Positions 1-12,366 of a DNA stretch of 64,000 bases are shown here, piece after piece. Each line of letters opens with the position of its first letter. The stretch's first letter is position 1. The notes below the pieces were generated by a model. That model searched no databases, was not told the origin of the DNA, and saw nothing but the letters and a program-made list of their open reading frames with translations. The stretch is from NCBI GenBank assembly GCA_964016885.1, contig OZ024740.1, positions 100,626,001-100,690,000 of the forward strand, written 5' to 3'. The position numbers and the translations under genes were made by a program. Origin of the DNA: Eledone cirrhosa. Its lineage: Eukaryota.

Positions 1-640
1 ATGGTACATCAGGTTTTATGTGGGAAGCTCTAATTCCACGTTTATATTAAGACAGTATAATTCATTATTAAAACTTACTGTTATATATTCTGTAGTTATG
101 TTTCAAATTTGTAAATGCTTATTACTACGTGTAGAAATAAGATGTGATATTCGGTTGTTAAATCTATGTGTATAGGTATTTAAATGGTCTTATGACAATT
201 AGTGTGAAACTTTATTACATATATCAATGTTAAGAAGAGCCAATAAATTTGAGAAAAATCTCTCATGAAGCTATTTAACAAATTGAACCTAAAAATTGCT
301 GTAAATAGGAAACTTGAAATAAATCTCATTGTGTTCTTTAAAATCAACTTTATATGCATTTATGTATGTATGTTTTATGTATGTTTTATTCATTATATTT
401 AGGCGCAGTGATCAAGTTAAAACTGTCATAATGGTTTGATGGTTCAAACCATCAGAACAATTTATTTTAGAACACAGGGTCTACAAGTGATGAATAATAT
501 CTACACTTTACTTTCATTAAAGTATGCAGTACCAATTCCAATAATGTAAATTAACAAGTAACATTTTATATATATATACACACACAAATGCACACACATA
601 CATATGTACAGATATATGTACATATATATAAATATATATA

Positions 641-1860
641 TATCATCATCATCATCATGTTATGTCTGCTTTTCCCTGGTTGCAAGGGCAGGATAGGTTC
701 TATTCAGCACAGCATCTCTCCACTTGTCACGGTCCTTCGTCAACTCCTTGAGTTTCAGCGATCTGAGGTTTGCTCTCACCACCTCCGCCCATGTTTTTCG
801 TGGTCTACCTCTACTGCATCTTCCTTCTACTGGGATTTCTTGGCACTTCTTTACCCAGCAGTCATCCTCCGTGCGCATCACATGTCCATACCATCTCAGT
901 CTTCTCTCCTGCACACCACAACTTATCCCTCTTATACCCAGTTTCTCTCTCAACTCATCTATGCTTGGTCGTTCACGCACATTTACATTGCACATCCAAT
1001 GGAGCATGCTTGCTTCATTTCTCTCCAGCCATCGCATATCATCTGCAGTTGCTGCCCATGTCTCACTACCATGCAGCATCGCGCATCTCACACAGGCATC
1101 ATATAACCGGCCTTTCGTATGTAGAGAGAAACCATTTTTGTCAACTTTGTCAACTTTGTCAACCGGCCCTTATTCTAGATACTATGGCCTCGGAACACCC
1201 CCCTCCCATGCTAATCTGATCACCTATGTACCAGAGACTATCAACCACTTCTATAGATTCCACCTGTATTGGAAAAATGTGTCTATCATTGCGATTACTA
1301 CTGTCAACTTTCCTTGTACATCGACTGGATATGTAGTTTTCCCTACCTGTTAGTTTGCCTGCTATCCCACTACATCTCTTGTGTACCCAAGATCTGCATT
1401 GTGTACATTTTATAGAATTTATGGCAGTTCCTTTTCTACATATCAAACATGGCCATTTCCCTGATGGAATCAGAGTTTTGTCCTCTTTTCTACTTATTAA
1501 CACTTTTGTCTTAGCTATGTTCACTCTCAGTCCTCTTGATTCCAATTGCTGTTTTGCTGTTTCCATAGTCAGAATTTCTTCTCTAACTCCTCTACTGAGT
1601 CTGCTATAAGAACCAGATCATCAGCATAGAGAAGTTCCCATGGGCAGCCAGTCTTAAACTCCTCTGTTATGGCTTGGAGGACTATAATGAACAAGAGCGA
1701 GCTGAGGACCGAACCCTGATGTACTCCTATTTGTATCTGGAATTCCTCACTAAACTCCATTCCAACTCTCACTTTATTGACACTGCCATAAATAGCTTGA
1801 TTGATAATGCGTGCAACCAGTTTAGTGCCTACTTCTGATGCCTTCAGCATCTCAGCAACT
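641..1860 (-). mobile_element. RTE-clade LINE, 5'-truncated, internally deleted, (ATG)n tail
   Basis: Frames 1569-1850, 1159-1566 and 660-1091 give GVHQGSVLS, LLYADDL, GLRVNIAKTK, a PHD-like CLIC..CTQC..WVHKRC segment, MLHGSETW and RLRWYGHVMR; (CAT)n at 641-657 on +. Confidence 0.92.
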
Positions 1861-1883
1861 ATATATATATATATATATACTTA

Positions 1884-2340
1884 TAGTAATAATAATAAAT
1901 TTGAAAACTAAAATCCAAAGAGGGCTCGATAAGGATAAATATATATCAAATATATAAGAACCCTAGAGCAAACATTTATTAAAATAACATTAAAATTTAA
2001 GCAAAGAATCGCTGCTTTCACACTTTACGGGATCTTCTGAAACAAAAAAATTCAATCTGTGAACGCAGAAGTATATATTTCGAAAAACGTTGCAACCGAA
2101 TGAAAACAGGAAGACGATTCTTTGGTTCATGAATACGCTCCCTGGCAATGAACGGGAAAATGCGAAGATAATACGTCATTATGTGGACCGATGAGAACAA
2201 TTACACGCAAAGACACAACCACGTTTATTGTATAAATGAAGTCGTTGACTAATATTCTATTTAGGAAACCGAATGAGTTAAGAATAATGTAAATAAATTA
2301 GTAGAACGAAAATAACAGAAGTTATTGAAATCAACAATAA
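1884..2340 (-). mobile_element. Non-coding repeat next to (TA)n, candidate Penelope-like pLTR derivative (copy 1)
   Basis: 1884-2038 is near-identical to 32659-32850; abuts (TA)n; AATAAA and a hammerhead-like GAAGA-stem-GAAA motif on the minus strand. Confidence 0.5.
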
Positions 2341-2344
2341 TTAA

Positions 2345-2930
2345 ATATATACATACACACATCCAAATACGTACATACACATGCATACGCGAAAACACCC
2401 GCCATGCCTATACAAGCTAGTACACATAAACATGCGCACACATACATAAACCCGCGCGACCCAGTGTACCCGCATATATACGAACGTATACACCAAATAC
2501 GCATAAAAAACACATAAAATAAAAATATATATGTGTGTGCGTGTGTGTATACATATAATTATATAAACGTATATAAATATACACACATAAATACGTATAT
2601 AATGCACGCACACAGATACCTACAGGTAAATACACATATGTTCGCTAAACATACGTCAACCAAAACACAAAGTACACATATACACACACCTTACATACGT
2701 GCAAACACGCATACACAAAATACGCATATACACATAGATGTACAAATATATGTACATATATATGCGTATATATACATATGTGTAATATATATGTGTGTGC
2801 GTATGCATATATACATGTATTTATATAAGCATATATATATATATATATGTACAAATATATATATATACATACAAATACATACATACATATACATACATAC
2901 ATATTTATACATACATATATTATATTATAT
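2345..2930. repeat. Compound (CA)/(TA)/(CATA) low-complexity microsatellite
   Basis: Direct reading; it produces the spurious Y/I/H/C/V-rich ORFs. Confidence 0.95.
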
Positions 2931-3461
2931 TATATTTACAACCTATGCAAGCATGGAAAATAGATTGAAAATAATGTTAATGATTGTGGTTGTAATGATG
3001 ACAAAAAAGATAATGATGATGGCAATATCGACACACATACACTACCATGGACTCATTTCTTTTGTTTTGTTCAATAATTCAAAAATATCTTAGCAAGACC
3101 ACTTTATGGCCAATAAGCTATTTCCTAAAATTAAAATAATAATGTATCATTTATGTCTTTTTATGGAAATTAACAATGGTTGTGACACGTGATAAGTCCA
3201 TTTTGGTAGAGATTTTCTTTTAACTGCATTACTAATTCTACCTTTCGACTATCTCAACATCACCGGAGGGCTTGGCAACTTGCCCAGCTTTTATCTCCTT
3301 CGATAGACTTATTTGTAGACACTGCTGTGATCTATCGAGTTTGCCTCTCAACCGACACAAACTAGGTTAGCTAATCTTCACTCCATTGAAATTCTTCATT
3401 TAGCAGTCTCTAAAATTTCTTATATACCAGAGTGATTTAAAAAATAAATTGTTGTCTTTGT

Positions 3462-3737
3462 TCATACATATGTGTGTGTATATGCATATATGAGTGTGTT
3501 TATATATATGTGTATATATATATATGTGTGTGTGTATGTATGTTTATATATGTATATATATGTGTGTATATATGTATGCTTATATATGTATATATATATA
3601 TGTGTATGTGTATATATGTATGTTAATATATGTATATATATATATATATAACATACACACACACACCTATGTATATATGAATGTGTGTGTATATATGTAT
3701 GTTTATATATATATCAGGCATACACACTCACACACAT
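3462..3737. repeat. (TA)/(TG) microsatellite
   Basis: Direct reading. Confidence 0.95.
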
Positions 3738-4635
3738 ATTGTTCTTTGCACTTCATTGTCCTTGAATGCTAATGCAATCATGCCATCACCTACACAGTGC
3801 TGTTCAGGTCCGGAATTGTCCTTATAATCTCTCGTTTTTCTCAATACTTCCTGCTGTTTAAACTACTTCTTGCTATGTATGAACATTTTGTTGTTGCAAT
3901 TGTTGTTTTTCTATTTGCTCCAGATTTCTTTTGGTAAAATATCACATCTTTCTTCATTTATACCTAACTTCCTGGTAGATCGACCTGCTTGTAAGTTTCT
4001 GTCGATTTTTGTTATTATTTTTTCGTGCTCTTTTTCTTTTTCTTTTTACTGTTTTTTCTAAATGCTTGCTCCATTTCAACATTCCATCGCAAAGTTCTTC
4101 TTCATCTCCTCCATCTTTCTCTTCACCCCTCCATCTTTCTCTGACATGCTGCACTTTTAATACATCAAAAAATTTTCTTCAAATATTCTAAAAGGATTAA
4201 TATATTCATTATTCATTTTATCATCATCACTATCATCCTCATAGCCGTTATCTTTGTTTTGTCATCTATATTTGTTCATACTGTGATTGGTTACATAGAC
4301 CTGAAAGAGAGGCCTATACCTACACATTTTACCTATGGGACATTTTATTCTGCATCTTGTAGTTCAGATCTATATCTATAAGTTCAGTAGTCTTATATTT
4401 AATGTATGCATTCACTACATTACTTAGCACAACTCTGTGTATCTTAGCTATGTGCACTATTTAATTTTTAGTGGACAGGGTGGGGGATTTCCATTCTATT
4501 AACAGTATTTTAAGTTATATGTGCAAATATATTAGTAGATATATTTTCTGTATGTTGTGTATAAATCTAAGCATTTCTGTCATGCATGTGTCTACATCCT
4601 TTTCTTTTTCACTCCTATTGTTATAGAGTGGATAC

Positions 4636-4790
4636 TGCATGCCTGAACTATTAAGAAGTCTCCTTTACAACTATAGGGTATTGAGTTCGATCCTACTGAG
4701 TGAAATCTTGAATAAATCTTTACTATAGTCTCAAGCCAACCTAAGCTATGTGAGTGAAATTGGAATAATAAAAACTGTTTTTTAATCCCA
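4636..4790 (+). mobile_element. Degenerate tRNA-derived SINE head (second family; related copies about 8128-8275 +, 35930-36070 -, 49655-49770 +)
   Basis: B-box-like GAGTTCGATCC followed by the shared ...ACTATAG...GTGAGTGAAATTGG...AAACTG body. Confidence 0.55.
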
Positions 4791-4966
4791 CTTTGTCACA
4801 CACACTGTTATGCTGAATCTCCCTGAGAATTAAATTAAGGGTAACCTGCCTGTGGAATGTTCATTCACTTTTACATAAATTTTATGAGCAGACTGCTATA
4901 TTAATCAAACAACTGGAACACACACACACATGATTGAAATCAATGAAGATCTATTTCATTATTATA

Positions 4967-5190
4967 AGGTGGTGAATTGGTAGTATCAGTAGAGCATTGA
5001 ACAACATGCTTTGTGGCATAGAGTTATGGTCCTTTACCTTCTGAGTTCAAACCCGCCAAGGTCAGCTTTGCCTGTCATCCTTATGGGGTAAAACACCAGT
5101 AATGTACTAGGGTCAATTTTATCGAGTTTTCTCTACCCTGAAGTTGGTGGCCTTGTGCCTAAATCAGAAGCCATTCTTCTTCTTATTATT
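4967..5190 (+). mobile_element. tRNA-derived SINE, older subfamily
   Basis: GAGTTCAAACCC B box; TTTGCCTGTCATCCTTATGGGGT core; GGCCTTGTGCCTAAATCAGAA end with ATT tail. Confidence 0.8.
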
Positions 5191-5199
5191 ATCATCATC

Positions 5200-5468
5200 A
5201 TTCTTAATGCTTTTGCTCTGGCAGATGTTATACTGACACTATACCAAAAGAGAAAGTCATAGCCAATGGCCAAACATCCTCTGGGTCATTCCATCTCCTT
5301 CAACTTTCTAACACCCTTCTTAGAATTCTTGTTGATCCTAACGAAACTATTTTCTACAACAATACTGTCTTGGTGGTAATTCCTAGCTCTTCAAACCATG
5401 CATCTAACTTTTTACTAACTGCTCCCAGTGTGCCAACCACAGTCGGTACTACTTCTACATGTCTGATT
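5200..5468 (-). mobile_element. 3' end of an R4/Dong-like LINE (same family as 23330-24652)
   Basis: Reverse complement matches 24390-24640 (TGTTTGGCCATTGGCTATG, GTATAACATC, VVPTVVGTLG-type REL tail). Confidence 0.75.
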
Positions 5469-5482
5469 CTTCTCTTTATTAA

Positions 5483-5710
5483 TGGGGGTTTGGCAGAATC
5501 GATAGAGCATCAGACAACATGCTTAGTGGATTACAGTTATGGCCCTTTATGTTCTGAGTTCAAATCCTGCCAAGGTTAGCTTTGCCTTTCATCCTTATAG
5601 GGTCGATAAAATCGAGTACCAGTAACGAACTGGGGTCAATGTAATCGACTTTCCCCACTCCCCCAAATTTGCTGGCCTTGTCCCTAAATCAGAAACCATT
5701 ATTATTATTA
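5483..5710 (+). mobile_element. tRNA-derived SINE, older subfamily
   Basis: TGGCAGAATCG A box, GAGTTCAAATCC B box, TTTCATCCTTATAGGGTCGATAAAA core, (ATT)n tail. Confidence 0.85.
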
Positions 5711-6094
5711 TCGTCATCATCATCAATTCAAACTATTTACATTCTGAATTCAAAACCTGCTGAGGTTGTATTTGCATCTTATCATTCCAGATTTGATTAA
5801 AATAAAGTACATGACTCCATTTAATCAGTTAATTCAAGTGTCAAAATGTGTGATCTTGTAGCAATTATAGAAATTTGTTCATAATCATCTCTCCTCCTTC
5901 TGACCCCCTTGACAATTCCTACCATATCTCTCATACACGCATGATGACATACTTTCCAACTACTTCCTCAACATAAATCTCATACGCCCATGACACTAAT
6001 CTTGTCACCTCCCCACCTATTACACTTTACTCATGGTGTACTTCCTACCCTCCTCACAGTGCAGGAGTACTCTGTAGTTGAGCCAATGACCAGT

Positions 6095-6695
6095 GTACTC
6101 CTTAAGCTGGTACCATGATAAAACACACCCAATAAACTCTGTAAAATGATTGGTGTTAAAACGGGCTTCCAGCTATAGAAACAATACCATGCCAGCTTGA
6201 CAGGACCCCCAATTCACGACACAGAAAACTTTCTAGTGGTGGTTCAATGAAAATGCACTCAGTACACTCTGTAAGGTGGTTGTTGGGAGTAAGGGTATCT
6301 AACTGTAGAAACCATGTTAAAAGGGGTTGAGATGACTCTTTAGTTGTGTCAAGGGTATGACAACCTCTCTAGTATTGCTGATTTACACTATAAAGGAACC
6401 TAGTACACTATGTATACTGGTTGGTGATAAGAAAGGCATCCAGCCATAGAAAACTTGCCAAACAAAGGATCAAGAGCTCTCTTCAACTGTGACCAATGTT
6501 TAACCTCGCTAGTGTGGGTGATATGATAAAAGGTACCCAATACGCTCTATAGAGTTTGAGGATGAATTTGAACAAGAATCAAGCCTCCAGCCCAGTTGAG
6601 AAGTCTGTACCTTTGATTATGTATTGACTTGGTCTCTGATGACCCATCTATCCCTTACCAGCAGGGAAAAGGAAACTTAAATGATGATGTTGATA
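6095..6695 (+). repeat. Tandem decayed modules of the RTE 3'-UTR, ending in an RTE-type tail
   Basis: About four copies of AGTACACTCTGTAA.GTGGTTGG...AAGGGCATCCAGC..TAGAAAC (compare 55430-55485); ends ACCCATC...TTAAATGATGATG. Confidence 0.65.
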
Positions 6696-6857
6696 TGAAA
6701 AGTGTAGATTACTAAAACAAAGGGCCTTGTGATATATCACTTAAGTCTCTATATTAAAAGTCTGCCAGAAATGACAGCACTTCATTGCTCAGATACCAAT
6801 AAAATAAGTGCCAGTAACATACTGGTACTTATTTATAACATATTCATAATTACATAT

Positions 6858-7125
6858 TTAACCGTTTTATACCAATATTTCTCATAAAATACACTGTCTA
6901 TATATTTCAATTTAAAATATAATCATGAATCTTGAGGAATTTGATAAATAATCAAATTTTCTATTATCAAACTTCTGTTTAGAATATAGCCTAACAAAAC
7001 GTTCTTTCATAAAATGACAATAAAAGGCTTAGATTTCAACATAAAAACACTTTATAATAGACAATTGTTTTGTGAAAGAATGAAAGACCATATTAAGTGG
7101 GCTGGCTGGTAGCAAAAAAGTTTAC
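6858..7125. mobile_element. MITE-like repeat (TTAACCCTTT family), decayed
   Basis: Body similar to 43778-44022; starts TTAACCGTTT. Confidence 0.5.
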
Positions 7126-8413
7126 TTGTTTTATTTTTCTACTATTCTTGTATTGCTTTTTTTTTTCTTTTAAATATGTAGCCTTGTAACCAAGCTAGAG
7201 GATATAAGTACTTACTAATGATTTTTCTCTCCTACACATAAAGTATGTATAATAGATGATAGTAGATGTTGCCACAGGGTGTGATATTGTGTCAAACCTA
7301 CAGCATTGTCATAAGTATAAACATACAAACTTTATTCTATTTCTATAAATCGGTTTCTACAATAAGTATTCAGTTATCTGATCAAATAAATGTCCAACTT
7401 ATGAATTAATGTCAAGTATTTGAATCTTCCACATATTACTCATGCAGAACAAAAGGGAATAGTCCATCTGACTGGATTCCAAATAGTCTCTGTCTACTTA
7501 CAAAGCTTCGGTAGTCCTCAGATTTTGATAAATAGCATTTGTTAAACCTACCTCTATAATCAATACCCAGGATTTTTAAAATCATTTTTATCTGCTGTAT
7601 CCCTACACACCTAGTACACCCAGAATATTCACCCTTGATATACGCACCATGCAGTTCTATAGGTTTAAAAATTTAAATCACAGACAAGTAACATTTTCAA
7701 TCATATCAGGTTTTTATAGGTAAGCAAATATTCTTTCTTTTTAGTTTTGTTACATTTTTCGTCATATTTTTTTACATTGTACATTTATATGTTCTCCTAT
7801 ATAATTTTTCTGTCAAATATTCTGGAAACTAATGCAATCATACTGACTCTATTTCACATAAATGGTATATAAGTTGACAGTTACACTTTTCAAGAGTAGG
7901 AAAACAGAGGAGGAAATAACATTTTAGAATGAAATTGTCACTAATCATTAATATTATCCTCCTACTCTTCTTCCTCCTCCTCCTACTTCTCATCCTCCTC
8001 CACATCACCATTAGCTTTATCACCACCATCACCAGGATATTGTCCCCTTTCATCACTATTATCATCCTCATCAACATCTACTTTAACATCATCAGTAACA
8101 TCATCTCAAAAGTATCACCTCTCAAGCATGCATGGCAGCATGGTTAAGCATTCACTTCACAACTGCATGCTATTGTGTTCACAATTACTATATGTGTCTT
8201 CCACTTATTACCTATGATTAACCCATGACTTGTCAGTTAAATTAGGTAGATGGAAACTGCAGAGAATCCCATTGTGCATATATATTAATATCATTTAAAT
8301 GTACCTAATAATAACATTATACATAAATGCATTTCCAAGCCTCGTTTTAATAATATCAATATAAATAGGAAATTTAATAAATGTAAAATAAAAATAGAGT
8401 TAAAACTAGTAGA

Positions 8414-11330
8414 AATAATAATAATAATAATGATTTCTTTATTGGCCACCAGGGCTGATATCAAGAAAAATATTACAGACGGTACAGGACGGTACGATGT
8501 GGGTTTTGTGCGTGTAAATATTTTTATTATTTATATAAGAAAAGAAGAAGAAAAAAAAGGACATAGAAACATATATATATATAAACAATAAAAATGAAAA
8601 TTAAAACAATGAAAATTCCCCAATAGGGGGGAAACCTCCAAGGATTACTCGTGGCGAAAACCACACAAAAGACCACGGCCACCCTGACCAACAGGGCAAG
8701 CGCCCTCTCTCAATTTTTTCCATCTCTCAAACTACAGACGTATATTCAGAGTGGTCTCGTTCACTCGGACCATTCTCGCTACATTCACCCACCTTTCAAC
8801 AAACTTGCTAGAAAGCAGCACTTGCCTCTCCACCCTGATTTTCCTCTTCAAGTGAAACTTGAAAAAGTTAATCAGAGATTCGCCGAAGAGGAAAGTGTTT
8901 GTCTTTAACCCTTTTAACCTTGACCATCACACAATCTCTTTCGCCATGGCCACCAGGCAGATGAAAACTGCCTGCCCTTCCTCCTTGAAGGAAGACGGCG
9001 AGACCATCTGCACAATGAACTCAGTCGACAACCGGATCAGTCCTACACGCGACAGCAACTGTTCGACATAGCTCCACAAGTCAGCAATGCTCGGGTACTG
9101 AACGAATGCGTGCACGACGGTTTCGTCGCTCTGCACGCATCTCGGACAGGCTCGGCTGATGGCACTTCCGTGCCTGTAGAGCTTATCTTGAACTGGCAGC
9201 GCTCCCCGGTAGCACTGCCAGGCCATTGATTTTTGGAAGTTATCCGTAGGCCCCGGGCTGAAAGTTCTCCGGAATAGAGCAAACAGCTGATCTTCTTCGA
9301 CGCACAGGATCTCTCCGAGAATGTCGTCGCTCCCCCCCCCCCACTAGTCCTCTATAGAACGCCGAGGTGGACGTTCCACCGATACTGGTGCCCAGCTGGC
9401 AGAGGGCAGGGAGGGCCTGGAGACATTCCAGGTTCCAAGCGCTATCCCTCAGTCTTTTTGTGACCAGGACTGCAGCTCCATCAAAGAGACGTGCTGTGGG
9501 AAAACGTGCCTGGCGAGGTGGTGTGAACTTTTGGGTTGTTGTGTAGTCTTTTTCTGTGATGCTGGTGTTGTGTTGCATGTAGTGTAATAATTGGTTGTTG
9601 TTCAAATTTAATGCTGTGTAGTGTGTATCGTTTTGGTTGTTTTGTGTTGTTTGCGTTTGTTGTGGGTTTGTTTCTGTTACGCTTTTTGGTGACTTTTGTG
9701 GTGTTGGTGATGGTGGTGTTGGGGTTAATGATGGTGATGGCGTTGGTGTTTGTGGTGATGGGGTTGGTGATGCTGGTGTGGATGGTGGCATATCTGTCCT
9801 AACTTTTTTGTTTGATAATTTATTTGTTTCCCTCTGTATTTTGTTTTTGGAGGGGGAAGGAAGAGAATTTTTTTCTTTTTTGGTTTCTTTTTTTCTTTTT
9901 TCCTGATACCGTTTCCCACTCCTCGTCGTCACAATCTGTCTCCAGATGCGATAAGCCGGGGAGTGGAAAATCCTCCACAAGCGTTGGTTTTGGTTGTGGT
10001 GTGGTGGATGGTGTAGGCGCTGGTGCTAGTTCTGGCGCGTTGGGTGGTGGTGGTGGTGTTGGTTTTGCTACTGTTGCTGGGGTTGTTGCTGTTACAGTTG
10101 CTTCTGCTACAGTTGTTGCTGCCATTTCTGCTGCTGGTGGTGCTGATGGTTGAGTCACTGGGGTGGGTAAGAGAGGTGACCTCAACCTTTTAGCCTGAGG
10201 GCAGAAAGCCCTTAGGTGGGTTCCTTCACCACAAACGACACACCTAGGTCTTCTGCCCTCGACGATTACGGTGAGGTGGCTGCCGTCAGTGAGGTCTATT
10301 ACCTCTGGGATCTCCTCAATGCTTTTATGGTCCGCTTGGATCAGGAGCTCCATCCCAGATCCGGACCAGTTCTCCTGCTTTTCTTTCGCTATTTCAATTA
10401 TCTTGGTGTTGGCCTCGATGTCGGCGAGGACAGCAGCCATTAGCCAGCGAATTTCGATGGCCGGTGGTACGTGGGTCACCCTGATCTTCACAAGTCTCTG
10501 GCCACAATAGCTTGGGATGAGTGTTAAGTCGTCACTTCTTAATGAAGCCATGGAGTGTTCTCTGGCCTCCTGTGGTGTTTCAAAGAACACGTCCACGGTT
10601 CCATATTTCTGCCCACGACTGATGTGGGCTTTTTTTGCCCACACATGTGCCAAAGCTTTTTGGATTTGGGACTCGGATGCCCGTCCACTCGGCGCGATTT
10701 TATGTTAATTGTCCGATAAGACACGGTGCATAGGCGACGTTGCTCCATTTTATTAGGTGGGGGTGGGGGTGAGACTGACCCTGTACCCATCTTTCTTTAC
10801 CATTCCTTTGGCTTCTTCTAATTCCTCCTGAGTTACCTGGATCGCTTCGCACGTTTTTGCTACTCTAGCAAAACTCAGGGTAGTTTTCTTAATTTCATTG
10901 TTGCTGTTGTTGTTATCGTTATTTTTGCTATTGTTAATTTTAGTTTCAGTTGTGGTGGTGGTGGCCTCAGTGGTGTTCCGTGTGGAAGAGTTCATTTTGG
11001 TTGAATTCATTTCGATATCACGAGTTAATTTATTTTTTCTTTTGTTTCTGTTGTCGCTGTGGTGGTGGTGGCGGCTTTAACACCTGCAGTCATTGGTAAT
11101 GGCGGGAAATGAACGTCTGCCTGAGACAAATTTAAAATATTGCTACTGCTTACATTTCCAGTGTTGGCAAACGTAGCAATATTTACAATGGTGGTGTCGG
11201 TGTGAGGTGTTAGATTGTGAGGAAAGAGTGACCCTGAGTCATCCATGATTTTTCAAAGAAAAATTTTTGTTTGATAATTATAAAAAGTTTAAATTTTGGG
11301 CTAAAGGCCCCAATATCTTTGAGTGTCCTT
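8414..11330 (-). mobile_element. Tx1/L1-like LINE derivative: ORF1 + 3' end of ORF2 + 3'UTR + (TTA)n tail; APE and RT absent
   Basis: Frameshifted ORF1 at 11246 to about 9520; ORF2 C-terminus at 8725-9500 (AWQCYRGALPV..CPRC..ETVVHAF, zf-RVT-like); (AAT)n at 8414-8430. The 5' boundary is uncertain (11330-11461). Confidence 0.85.
9820..10790 (-). pseudogene. LINE ORF1p core (RRM-like region + CCHC zinc knuckle), frameshifted
   Basis: GTVDVFFETPQEA and LVKIRVTHVPP, then CVVCGEGTHLRAFC (C-x2-C-x4-H-x4-C), a Pro/Thr-rich linker and EWETVSGKKKKR. Confidence 0.8.
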
Positions 11331-11461
11331 TTCAGAAATCAATGCATGTTCACTTATATACAGTTAACAATAAAAATTTTCCATAAATGGCAATTTTAAA
11401 CAACTGAAAATAACAAACCTTTGCGGAGTTTACGATGATACGATTTACTACGTAGGTCGCC

Positions 11462-11521
<60 letters not shown>

Positions 11522-11524
11522 AAG
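11462..11524. repeat. (AAT)10-(AAG)11 compound microsatellite
   Basis: Direct reading. Confidence 0.97.
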
Positions 11525-11567
11525 ACGCACGTGGTGGATAGAAGGTCATGAAATCGCTCCCGTAAGT
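11525..11567 (+). promoter_or_regulatory. Possible promoter or first exon: E-box CACGTG, ATG and a GTAAGT donor
   Basis: CACGTG at 11528-11533, ATG at 11548, C|GTAAGT at 11561/11562, locally retained CpG. No downstream exon identified. Confidence 0.25.
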
Positions 11568-12366
11568 TTTTGATTTTTAACATATTTAAATCAATTGTGA
11601 AATAACAATTCTTAGTACAAATGATACATAAAACACCAGACTCAACTCTCAGAAAATTCGGATCCATAATATCCTGTTATATCGCTCAAATATTCAATTT
11701 TGTATTATAAATTTTATATTCAAAAAAGAAAATGGTTAGAAATGGAAGAAAAAAACCTCTGTCTACACTATATACAACAGCCAGATAACGGCAATTTCAC
11801 CACCACCACCACCAATCCCAGCATAATAATAATAATTACTATTATTGTGTCTCAAGTTTTCACAAAATGTTTAATTCCAATATTAAGTAAATATGTCAAC
11901 ACATATATTAAACATACGCGACAAACCGCATAGATACACAGATGAAACAAACTACAGTCTATTCAACAAAACTCAGTAACGACAACGCCATCACTATAGT
12001 CACCGCCGCCACCACTCCATCCATCATTGCTACCACTATCCCATCACCGCCGCCACCACTCCTTCATTGCTACCACCACTATGCCCCCATTACCTTCTGT
12101 TAATTAAGAAAGGGGAAGGTGGCGGTATCACTAGACAAGGGAGAGGCTATCAAACGTCAACGACTATGGCACTGCTGGCTCCCCCCTTCCCCACCTACAA
12201 TAGAAAAAGCCCCAGCACCACCACCGACATAGCCAACAACAATAACAGGCAACTTCAGCAAAAAGTATATTTTATTATTAATAATTTCATTCTTAAGCCA
12301 CGCAATGCTCACATTAAGGAACCACTCATGATAATAACAATAAAAAAAACAACAAAAAGAAAGAAA

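Noticed and set aside
588-1353. Plus-strand ORFs of 149-209 aa, and similar antisense ORFs at 21945-22712, 54109-55181 and 61169-62283
   Set aside because: Shadow frames on the opposite strand of RTE coding sequence.
2005-2045. Intact hammerhead ribozyme
   Set aside because: Core reads CAGAAGA rather than CUGANGA and I could not form stem I; kept only as a degenerate hint.
2331-3772. Many 60-186 aa ORFs rich in Y/I/H/C/V (also 32849-33055 and 39496-40061)
   Set aside because: Translations of TA/CA microsatellites that lack stops by composition.
7838-8147. Hydrophobic or basic small ORFs
   Set aside because: Derived from (CTC)/(CAT) low-complexity sequence.
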